From Chloroflexia bacterium (GTDB lineage Bacteria > Chloroflexota > Chloroflexia > Thermomicrobiales > JALYUS01): a stretch of DNA of 39,152 bases. The DNA is taken from contig JAICJW010000001.1 in NCBI GenBank assembly GCA_025928215.1, positions 1 to 39,152 of the forward strand, read 5' to 3'. Position numbers and translations under genes: made by a program. Below, piece by piece: positions 32,916 to 39,152 of the stretch (positions are counted from its first letter, which is position 1; each line of letters starts with the position of its first letter). The notes beneath the pieces were generated by a model, which worked only from the letters and a program-made list of their open reading frames with translations, had not been told where the DNA came from and ran no database searches.

Positions 32916-34067
32916 TCAGTCCGACCATGCCGCGTCGCCGTCCTGCCAGATATCGGCGTCGGCGGAGCGGGTGAGGGCGCGAATGGTTTGCTGGCGGACG
33001 TATTCCTCGTCCACGTCGTAGCCGATGCCGGGCGCGGTCGGGACGGGGATCGCGCCGTCCGTGGCGAGGATCGGGACGGTCGTAATGTCCCGCGCGTAGT
33101 ATTTATCCGAGCCGGAGACGTCGCCGGGCAGGGTGAAGCCGGGGAGGGCGGCAATCGCCACATTCGCCGCCCGCCCGACGCCGTACTCATGCATGCCGCC
33201 GCACCAGACGGGGATGCCGCGCGCGTAGCAGAGATCGTGGGTTTTCTTCGCTTCGAGTAACCCACCGAGGCGGCTCGTCTTGATATTGATGATCCGCCCG
33301 GCATGAAGGTCGAGCGCCTTACGGGCGTCCTCCGCCGTATGAATAGATTCGTCGAGGCAGATCGGCGTCTCGAGTTCCGCCTGAATGCGGGCGTGATCCA
33401 CAATGTCGTCGTGGCCGAGGGGCTGCTCGATCATCAGCAGGCCGAAGCCATCCAGTTCTTTGATCTGTGCAATCTGATCGAGGGTATAGGCGCTGTTCGC
33501 GTCCACCTGCACGGGTAGGTCAGGCCACCGCTCGCGTACCGCCGCGACGGGTGTCACATCCCACCCCGGCGCGATCTTCAGTTTGACGCGTGGATAGCCT
33601 TGCGCGACGAACTCGCCGACGACATCAAGCAGCCGCGCGACATCACGCTCGATGCCGAGCGAGACGCCGGAGGTGATCGCAGGCCGCGTTGCGCCGAGCA
33701 TGCGGGCGAGGGGCTGCCGCTCGACGGTCGCGAGGAGCGCCCAGTACGCCATTTCCAGCCCCGAGCGGGCGAAGTTATTGCCGCGCACCTTCGCGTAGTG
33801 CGCCAGCAACGCTTCAGGGGAGGCGATCTCCTGCCCGATCACCGTCGGGGCCATGAAGTCGCGCAATACGGACCATGCGGTGTCAGTCGTTTCCGGGCAG
33901 TAGTACGGGTCGGTCGGCACGGCGCACTCGCCCCAACCGACGTGCCCCGCGTCGTCGTGGATACGGACGAGGATGTGATTGAGGTCGTTCTTGCGGTGCG
34001 AACTCGTCTCGAAGCCGCGCACGAGTTCCATGCGAACGTGCAAGAGGTCAACGCGGGTGATGCGCAT
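32916..34067 (-). CDS. Enolase-superfamily enzyme of the o-succinylbenzoate synthase / N-succinylamino-acid racemase (OSBS/NSAR) family
   Basis: Contains RVKLKIAPG (KxK), VQVDANSAY, LMIEQPL, ICLDES, IINIKTSRLGG (second catalytic Lys), CGGMHEYGVGRAANVA. ATG 34067 has AAGGAG 8 nt upstream, inside the end of the preceding gene. Confidence 0.85.
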   Translation of the reverse strand: MRITRVDLLHVRMELVRGFETSSHRKNDLNHILVRIHDDAGHVGWGECAVPTDPYYCPETTDTAWSVLRDFMAPTVIGQEIASPEALLAHYAKVRGNNFARSGLEMAYWALLATVERQPLARMLGATRPAITSGVSLGIERDVARLLDVVGEFVAQGYPRVKLKIAPGWDVTPVAAVRERWPDLPVQVDANSAYTLDQIAQIKELDGFGLLMIEQPLGHDDIVDHARIQAELETPICLDESIHTAEDARKALDLHAGRIINIKTSRLGGLLEAKKTHDLCYARGIPVWCGGMHEYGVGRAANVAIAALPGFTLPGDVSGSDKYYARDITTVPILATDGAIPVPTAPGIGYDVDEEYVRQQTIRALTRSADADIWQDGDAAWSD

Positions 34068-34072
34068 GACGC

Positions 34073-34912
34073 TTACTCCTTCATGAGAATGTAGTAGGCA
34101 CGCTCGTCGCCTCGGCGGAACGTCACGGCGCGATAGCCCGCCGCAAAACCCTCGATAAATGCGAGGCGCACCGCCGCCTGCCAATCCTCAAGGGCCTTCG
34201 GGCCGTGCGCCCGCACCCTCTTCATATCGTGGGGAATCTCAATGCCGATGTACCGCTTGCTTTGCCAGATGCCCACGTCGGGTGAGACCGACATGCTGTG
34301 CCCACCGCCGCGCAGATGCCAGGAATGGACGGCAAAGGTGATTTCCGCATCCGTGGGATCGGGCTTCGGTGGTAAGGGGTCAGCGGTCGGCCAGACGCAG
34401 AGGAGGCGGTCAGTTGGCAGGCCGGGGTTGAGCGCATCCTCACGCGGGCCGTAGAAATCGGGGTGATAGTGCGTGGCGACCGCGCCGAGGGCGACGAGGT
34501 TGTAGTGCGCGTTCATCGCCTGCAATGGATCGAAGGCCCAGGCGACGAGCGGCAAGCCCTGCTCGCGCGCCCACGCCCGCTGCCACTGCTTGATCCGCCG
34601 CCCGGTGCCGCCGCCTTGCGCTTCGGGCAGCACGCCCGTCAGTTGTGAATAGAGAATCGGCGCCCCGTCCAGCACGCCGCGAAAGGCGAAGGAGAAGCCG
34701 ACGAGCCGGTTGCCATCGAACGCGCCGAGGACGAGGCCACCGTACGCGCTCGCCGCCGCCAGCGTCGCCACCGGGATAATGTAGCCATCCTCGGTGATGC
34801 CCCAGGTCCGCCGCTGGACCTCCTGACAGGCGCGTAGTTCTGCCGGATTATGGATCGGCCGGATGGTGATCGCTGCCGGTTCGCGGGCTGTCGCCGGTAC
34901 GCGTGTCTGCAT
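34073..34912 (-). CDS. GNAT-family acyltransferase (two-lobed, about 279 aa)
   Basis: Contains IRPIHNPAELRACQEVQRRTWG ... LVGFSFAF... SQLTGVLPEAQGGGTGRRIKQWQRAWAREQGLPLVAWAFDPLQAMNAHYNLVALG (acyl-CoA binding-like Q/RxxGxG/A region). ATG 34912 follows GAGGAAATCC. Confidence 0.7.
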   Translation of the reverse strand: MQTRVPATAREPAAITIRPIHNPAELRACQEVQRRTWGITEDGYIIPVATLAAASAYGGLVLGAFDGNRLVGFSFAFRGVLDGAPILYSQLTGVLPEAQGGGTGRRIKQWQRAWAREQGLPLVAWAFDPLQAMNAHYNLVALGAVATHYHPDFYGPREDALNPGLPTDRLLCVWPTADPLPPKPDPTDAEITFAVHSWHLRGGGHSMSVSPDVGIWQSKRYIGIEIPHDMKRVRAHGPKALEDWQAAVRLAFIEGFAAGYRAVTFRRGDERAYYILMKE

Positions 34913-35154
34913 GGATTTCCTCGCTGGATCGTCCGCATCGTGCCTTTTGTATAGCATAGCATAGCGGCCGGGCCAATCGTGGTGGCGTGCGCTGCCAGAT
35001 ACGCGAAAGAACGATTGACCCGACTCCCGCTCGGCAAGCGAACCGACGACATGGCGCACGAAACTCGACGATTCGTCATGGCAATGATATATCTGGGAAC
35101 GCGCGCCGGACGCACCCTGGTTCTTCTTATACGATACCCGTGCAGGAGGGTCTC

Positions 35155-35643
35155 ATGCCCAACATTGACGACTTCACTCAGGCGGACAAACACGATGCGG
35201 CGACGTTCGCCAAGGATGACGTGCCCGCGCCACCAGCAAGGAAGATCGCCGTCGTCACATGCATGGATGCACGGCTCGACCCCGCGAAATTTCTCGGGCT
35301 CGAAGGAAAGGGCGCGCACATCATCCGCAATGCGGGTGGCCGCGCCGCCGATGCGATCCGCTCGCTCGTCGTCTCGCAGCAACTGCTCGGCACGCGCGCG
35401 GTCGCCGTCATCCATCACACCGACTGTGGCATGCTCACCTTTACCGAGGAGCAACTCCATCAGAAGCTCCACGATGAATTGCATGTCCATGCGGAGATCG
35501 AATTCCTGCCCTTCACCGATGTCGAGCAGAGCGTGCGCGATGACGTGGAGGCGATTCGCACGTCGCCCTTGCTGCTCCCCGGCATCCCCGTTCAAGGCTA
35601 TGTCTATGACGTTCATACGGGGCAATTGCATGAGGTGAACTGA
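35155..35643 (+). CDS. Beta-class carbonic anhydrase-like protein
   Basis: Contains VVTCMDARL (C-x-D-x-R) and VIHHTDCGM (H-x-x-C) zinc-ligand motifs. ATG 35155 follows AGGAGGG. Confidence 0.85.
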   Translation: MPNIDDFTQADKHDAATFAKDDVPAPPARKIAVVTCMDARLDPAKFLGLEGKGAHIIRNAGGRAADAIRSLVVSQQLLGTRAVAVIHHTDCGMLTFTEEQLHQKLHDELHVHAEIEFLPFTDVEQSVRDDVEAIRTSPLLLPGIPVQGYVYDVHTGQLHEVN

Positions 35644-35682
35644 GCAGCGCCGATCCATCATTCATCACTACGGCATTGTCGG

Positions 35683-35718
35683 GCGGGGCATAGCAGCTCC
35701 CCGCTCTTTCTCTTTCTT
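35683..35718 (+). terminator. Possible intrinsic terminator after the carbonic anhydrase gene
   Basis: GCGGGG (35683-35688), a 10-nt loop, CCCCGC (35699-35704), then the T-rich TCTTTCTCTTTCTT. Confidence 0.4.
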
Positions 35719-35949
35719 ACGTCGTAATCCATACTCTCTCGTGGCTACTTTCTGCTCTTTATGCTCCTATACAGACAGTTGACAAAACATTTGGAGGCAT
35801 GGGAACATCATGCAACGAATCATTTCGCCCGCTGCTTACTCTCCCGCGACACTCCGTACGGCAATTTTCGGTAAAGGACGCGTCTCGTGGCTCGCTCCGC
35901 CCCTCCCTATCCGCATCATGCTGCAACGCGCACCCGGCCGCTTCCTGTA

Positions 35950-36582
35950 ATGCGGCGGGCCAGTCGCACGCGGCAGCGGCGGAGCGTTCCGCTCTTTCGT
36001 CTCTTTAGCGTGCTCGTGCTTGCCGCGCTCACATGCACGATCGTTGCCGCGCTGGCGCTCGGGGTGTTAATCAAGCGGCAGGCGGGGCGGGATGAGGCGC
36101 GGCCGTCGGACGCGATTGTCGTCCTCGGCGCGGCGCAGTGGGATGGCAAGCCGTCGCCCGTCTTGCAGGCGCGGCTCGATCATGCGTTCGACCTCTATGC
36201 CGCCGGATTCGCGCCGAAGATGATCGTCACTGGAGGTGTGGGCACGGGCGATGAATACTCCGAGGGCGAGGTAGCGCGGCAGTATCTCCTGCATAAGGGT
36301 GTGCCGACTGCCGCCGTGCTAACCGAAAATCGGGGGCGTACCTCTTTTGAGTCCATGGAAGGCGCAACCCTGCTCATGCAGCGCAACGGTTGGCATAGCG
36401 CGCTCCTCGTCTCCGATCCGTTCCATATGTTCCGCCTCAAGCGGATGGCAACAGACCTCGGCGTGCAGGCGGCGACCTCCCCGACGCGCACCAGCCCGAT
36501 CCTCTCCGGCAGCAATGAGGAGCGCCGCTATATGGCGCGCGAAGTCGCCAGCCTCGCCGACTATCTCATCTTCCGCCGCTAA
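35950..36582 (+). CDS. YdcF/ElyC/SanA family (DUF218) protein with an N-terminal TM anchor
   Basis: Contains DAIVVLGAAQWDGKPSPVLQARLDHAFDLYAAGFAPKMIVTGG...SEGEVARQYLLHKGVP...ENRGRTSFES...LLVSDPFHMFR. I prefer ATG 35950 (MRRASRTRQRRSVPLFRLFSVLVLAALT...) over the GTG at 35887. Confidence 0.8.
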   Translation: MRRASRTRQRRSVPLFRLFSVLVLAALTCTIVAALALGVLIKRQAGRDEARPSDAIVVLGAAQWDGKPSPVLQARLDHAFDLYAAGFAPKMIVTGGVGTGDEYSEGEVARQYLLHKGVPTAAVLTENRGRTSFESMEGATLLMQRNGWHSALLVSDPFHMFRLKRMATDLGVQAATSPTRTSPILSGSNEERRYMAREVASLADYLIFRR

Positions 36583-36584
36583 CG

Positions 36585-37466
36585 ATGACGGGCCGCATCG
36601 TCTTCGCTGATAATTTGCCGGTTCTCCAAGCGATGCCGGACGGCTCGGTGCCGCTCATCTATCTCGATCCGCCCTTCAACACCGGCAAAAGGCAGGAGCA
36701 CACGCGGATAACGACGGGCCGCTCCGTCACCGGCGACCGCAGCGGCTTTCAGGGCGCACGCTACGCGACGGTGAAAATCGGTACGCGCGCCTATCCCGAT
36801 CTCTTCGATGATTACCTCGCCTTTCTCGAACCCCGGCTTGTCGAGGCGCATCGTGTGCTCGCGCCCGAAGGCACGTTCTATTTCCATATTGATTACCGGG
36901 AAGTCCACTACTGCAAGGTACTGCTCGATTGCATCTTCGGGCGGCGCTGCTTCCTCAACGAGGTGATCTGGGCCTACGATTACGGCGGTCGCACGAAAAA
37001 GAAGTGGCCGCCGAAGCACGATACGATCCTTGTCTACGTCAAAAACCCCAAGCGATATACCTTCAATGCGGACGCGGTCGAACGGATCGCCTATATGGCG
37101 CCGTCGCTCGTTGGGCCGGAGAAAGCGGCGCGCGGTAAATTGCCGACCGATACTTGGTGGCACACCATCGTGCCGACCAACAGCAAGGAACGGATGGGAT
37201 ACCCGACACAGAAGCCGGTCGGCATCCTCACACGCGTCATTGCTGCGTCGTCCCATCCCGGCGATCTCGTGCTGGATTGCTTCGCGGGCAGTGGCACGAC
37301 GGGCGCGGCCTGCCTCGCGCTGGGGCGGCGCTTTCTGCTGGTTGACGACAACCTGCAGGCGCTGGAGGTGATGGCGCGGCGCTTCGCGGCGGTGCCGGAT
37401 ATCGAGTGGTCCGGCTTTGACCCCGCACCGTTCGCTGGGGACGACGGCGCTTTGCGGAAGCATTGA
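36585..37466 (+). CDS. Beta-class DNA methyltransferase (N6_N4_Mtase family; DPPF motif IV before FAGSGTT motif I)
   Basis: Contains IYLDPPFNTG ... EVIWAYDYGGR ... YPTQKPVGILTRVI ... VLDCFAGSGTTGAACLALGRRFLLVD. The ATG lies 2 nt after the YdcF-like TAA. Confidence 0.9.
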   Translation: MTGRIVFADNLPVLQAMPDGSVPLIYLDPPFNTGKRQEHTRITTGRSVTGDRSGFQGARYATVKIGTRAYPDLFDDYLAFLEPRLVEAHRVLAPEGTFYFHIDYREVHYCKVLLDCIFGRRCFLNEVIWAYDYGGRTKKKWPPKHDTILVYVKNPKRYTFNADAVERIAYMAPSLVGPEKAARGKLPTDTWWHTIVPTNSKERMGYPTQKPVGILTRVIAASSHPGDLVLDCFAGSGTTGAACLALGRRFLLVDDNLQALEVMARRFAAVPDIEWSGFDPAPFAGDDGALRKH

Positions 37467-37473
37467 GCCGGTG

Positions 37474-37495
37474 GTGGCGGGCTTTCGCCTGCCAC
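37474..37495. terminator. Hairpin between the convergent methyltransferase and TetR genes
   Basis: GTGGCGGGC, loop tttc, then GCCTGCCAC (9 bp including one G-U). An alternative stem CCTGCC/GGCAGG lies just downstream. Confidence 0.3.
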
Positions 37496-37508
37496 AGGCA
37501 CGGGCAGG

Positions 37509-38195
37509 TCAAAGCTCGCCACCACCGAGACGAGAGGTGCTCTCGGAGGGCCGTGCGCGAATCGCGTCGCCGAAGAGGTCGAGCGCAGTGCCGTAGAGTG
37601 AGGGGAAGTGACCAGGAACAGTCCTTCCCGGCGGGAGCGGATGCTCCGGCGGCGGGCCGCCCATGCCCGCCAATTCGAGCGAGACGAGGCCATGCAGGTA
37701 GGCCCAGGTGGCCGTCGCGCCGGTGCGTGGCTCCATCGGGCGGATGACGCCCGCCGCGATGCCCGCCGCGAAGGCATGCTGGAGCGGTGCGAACGCGGTT
37801 GTCGCGAGGTCGAGGTCTTCCTGCGATGGCTGAAACTCCGGGATCGGGCGGCTGAACATCAGGCTGTATTCCTGGGGATGCGCGATCGCGAAGGCGCGAT
37901 AGGCGATTCCTAACGCGCGCACTCGCCTCACGGGATCCGGTTCCGTGACCTGCTGCATCATGATCGCCAGTTGCCGGAAGCCTTCAAGAAACAGCGCCTC
38001 GGCAATCGCTTCCTTGCCGGAGAAATATTCGTAGAGGGCGGGCGCGCTGTAGTTGATGCGCCGGGCGATGCCCCGGATCGAGAGCGCGCCCGCCCCCTCC
38101 TCCGCGATGATGTCGCGCGCTGCCTGAAGGATGTCCTGCCGCATCTCCTCGCCGTACCGCGCCCGCCGCCCCTTCGCCCCCACCGTTGGTATCAT
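37509..38195 (-). CDS. TetR/AcrR family transcriptional regulator
   Basis: ILQAARDIIAEEGAGALSIRGIARRINYSAPALYEYFSGKEAI is a TetR HTH. ATG 38195-38193 overlaps the upstream gene's TGA 38194-38192 (ATGA). Confidence 0.9.
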   Translation of the reverse strand: MIPTVGAKGRRARYGEEMRQDILQAARDIIAEEGAGALSIRGIARRINYSAPALYEYFSGKEAIAEALFLEGFRQLAIMMQQVTEPDPVRRVRALGIAYRAFAIAHPQEYSLMFSRPIPEFQPSQEDLDLATTAFAPLQHAFAAGIAAGVIRPMEPRTGATATWAYLHGLVSLELAGMGGPPPEHPLPPGRTVPGHFPSLYGTALDLFGDAIRARPSESTSRLGGGEL

Positions 38196-39152
38196 TGCGC
38201 CGTCTCCTGTGTGAGATACGCGGGCGAAGATTCGTCGGCGCGTGCATAGCTGGCAGGGCGGCGTAGCCCGCCATAGAGGGCGACGAGCGTCGCGCCAGCG
38301 ACAGCGACGACGAGGAGACCGGCGGCAATCAGCGTGCGCGCGTCGGGATGGGCGACGGATTGGCCGCGCCGTGCCTGCCATGTGAGGAGACCAACGAGGC
38401 CGAGATAGCCGAGGCCCGCGATCCAGACCAGCGCCGTCCGCGATGCCGGGCGCAGGCGCGTCCCGTAGCGAATGAGCAGCCAGCCAAAGAGCGGCAGCAG
38501 TTGCAGCCCGTGGAGGCCGACGAAATGCGGCACGCGCAGGTCGCCGCCAACCGTACTCCAACCGATAATCGGCAAGCCCGGCCCGCCGTCCGCCACGCCG
38601 ACCGTGTGCGCCCCGGCAATTGGCAGGCCGCCCGCCTTCGCCGCCGCCCGTTGCGCGCTCGTCGGTGAGGTCATGAGGAAGGCGACGCCCATCCCCATGA
38701 GGCTGATGAGGACGCCGAGCCGCAACGCCCAGGCGAACGCGGCATCCGCGAACCGCTGCCGCATCAGCACGATGCCGAGGATCAGGTTCGCGGTCCAGAC
38801 GCAGACGATGGTGCCACCCATGATGCTCCAGACGGCGGTGTCGAATGGCGTGCTGACATTGAAGTGGCTCGTCGTGCCGCGAACGACCTGCATTGCGATC
38901 AACGCCATTTCAATCACCAGGCCTCCCGCCGTCAACCACGCGATGAGGCGGACGATGCGCGCGTGACCAGATATGAACGTGAGCAGCCAGAGGAACGTCG
39001 CGGTGTAGATGCTGATCGAGATGGCGAACTTTGTCGGTTTGAGCCAGGCAGGCGCGCCGGTAATGACGCGCGGATCAACGATCAGCCCGACGAGCGTGGC
39101 ACCCAGCGTGGCGAGCATCAGGCAGACCGTCAGCGCGAGTGGGCGGTTGATC
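38192..39152 (-). CDS. Multi-pass integral membrane protein, family not recognised (possibly 5'-truncated by the window edge)
   Basis: About 8 hydrophobic helices (e.g. FAISISIYTATFLWLLTFI, LIAWLTAGGLVIEMALIAM, LGVLISLMGMGVAFLM). The frame stays open and hydrophobic upstream of ATG 39118 (..INRPLALTVCL-MLATLG) to the end of the window. Confidence 0.7.
   Translation of the reverse strand, partial: INRPLALTVCLMLATLGATLVGLIVDPRVITGAPAWLKPTKFAISISIYTATFLWLLTFISGHARIVRLIAWLTAGGLVIEMALIAMQVVRGTTSHFNVSTPFDTAVWSIMGGTIVCVWTANLILGIVLMRQRFADAAFAWALRLGVLISLMGMGVAFLMTSPTSAQRAAAKAGGLPIAGAHTVGVADGGPGLPIIGWSTVGGDLRVPHFVGLHGLQLLPLFGWLLIRYGTRLRPASRTALVWIAGLGYLGLVGLLTWQARRGQSVAHPDARTLIAAGLLVVAVAGATLVALYGGLRRPASYARADESSPAYLTQETAQ

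Noticed and set aside
34951-34965. (ATAGC)x3 micro-repeat in the divergent GNAT/carbonic-anhydrase promoter region
   Set aside because: Three units are too few to argue for slipped-strand phase variation. It is probably a chance feature or part of -10-like TATGCT/TATACA elements.
35799-36008. 69-aa ORF with GGAGG just upstream, in the AT-richer spacer before the YdcF-like gene
   Set aside because: The SD-to-ATG spacing is only 1 nt. The peptide is Ser/Ala/Cys/Arg-rich without features. Its 3' part overlaps the better-supported YdcF-like N-terminus in another frame.
36585-38195. Searched both flanks of the DNA methyltransferase for a restriction endonuclease or other defence partner
   Set aside because: The neighbours are a DUF218 protein and a TetR regulator. 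No PD-(D/E)XK, HNH, ATPase or helicase ORF is present, so I do not call an R-M or defence system.
1-39152. Scanned for tRNA/rRNA/tmRNA/RNase P/SRP-like motifs, CRISPR-type regularly spaced repeats, and transposase/integrase genes
   Set aside because: The only T-loop-like GGTTCGATCC strings lie inside coding regions without acceptor or anticodon context. There are no regularly spaced direct repeats and no transposase or integrase motifs in any frame. Covariance-model searches (tRNAscan-SE, Rfam) would be needed to exclude small RNAs formally.

Overview
This is a GC-rich bacterial chromosomal window centred on the replication-initiator gene dnaA (12951-14384). The gene content and the palindromic intergenic repeats remind me of Chloroflexota, but I cannot verify that here.

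I can support about 38 protein-coding genes, mostly housekeeping or metabolic:
- Lipid and phosphoester enzymes: a glycerophosphodiester phosphodiesterase, an HD-domain protein, a PIG-L deacetylase, a PAP2 phosphatase and a YegS-like lipid kinase.
- Redox and transfer enzymes: two SDRs, a class-III aminotransferase, panE, a Gfo/Idh/MocA oxidoreductase, two SAM methyltransferases and an AMP-dependent ligase.
- Replication and regulation: dinB plus an ECF-like sigma factor, dnaA, a GAF-GAF-PAS histidine kinase, a COG2345/SufR-like regulator and a TetR regulator.
- Secreted or membrane proteins: two beta-propeller proteins, a lipoprotein, an MFS transporter and a partial multi-pass membrane protein.
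- Others: cupin, HDAC-like deacetylase, hisH-hisA, a GNAT plus NSAR/OSBS-family enolase pair, beta-carbonic anhydrase, and YdcF plus a beta-class DNA methyltransferase.

I saw no rRNA, tRNA, CRISPR array, transposase or integrase, and no convincing intact defence island.

Things worth a second look:
1. The dinB/dnaA divergent control region has a perfect GAAC-N4-GTTC (LexA/Cheo-type) box abutting a near-consensus dinB promoter. It also has a 25-bp perfect AT-rich inverted repeat between the two promoters, and gene orientation switches at this spacer.
2. dinB is translationally coupled (ATGA) to an ECF-like sigma factor, which implies an SOS-controlled sigma.
3. Three accessory genes (DUF433 antitoxin-like, Uma2 nuclease-like, GNAT) are each interrupted by one in-frame stop codon that the ORF track hides. 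Two further remnants, a truncated DUF5615 and an internally deleted Uma2, sit in the same window.
4. At least two families of long palindromic intergenic repeats occur here. One appears to supply the N-terminus of a lipoprotein ORF, and another supplies the last codons and stop codons of two convergent genes.

All functional calls come from my own recognition of motifs in the translations. No database search was possible.
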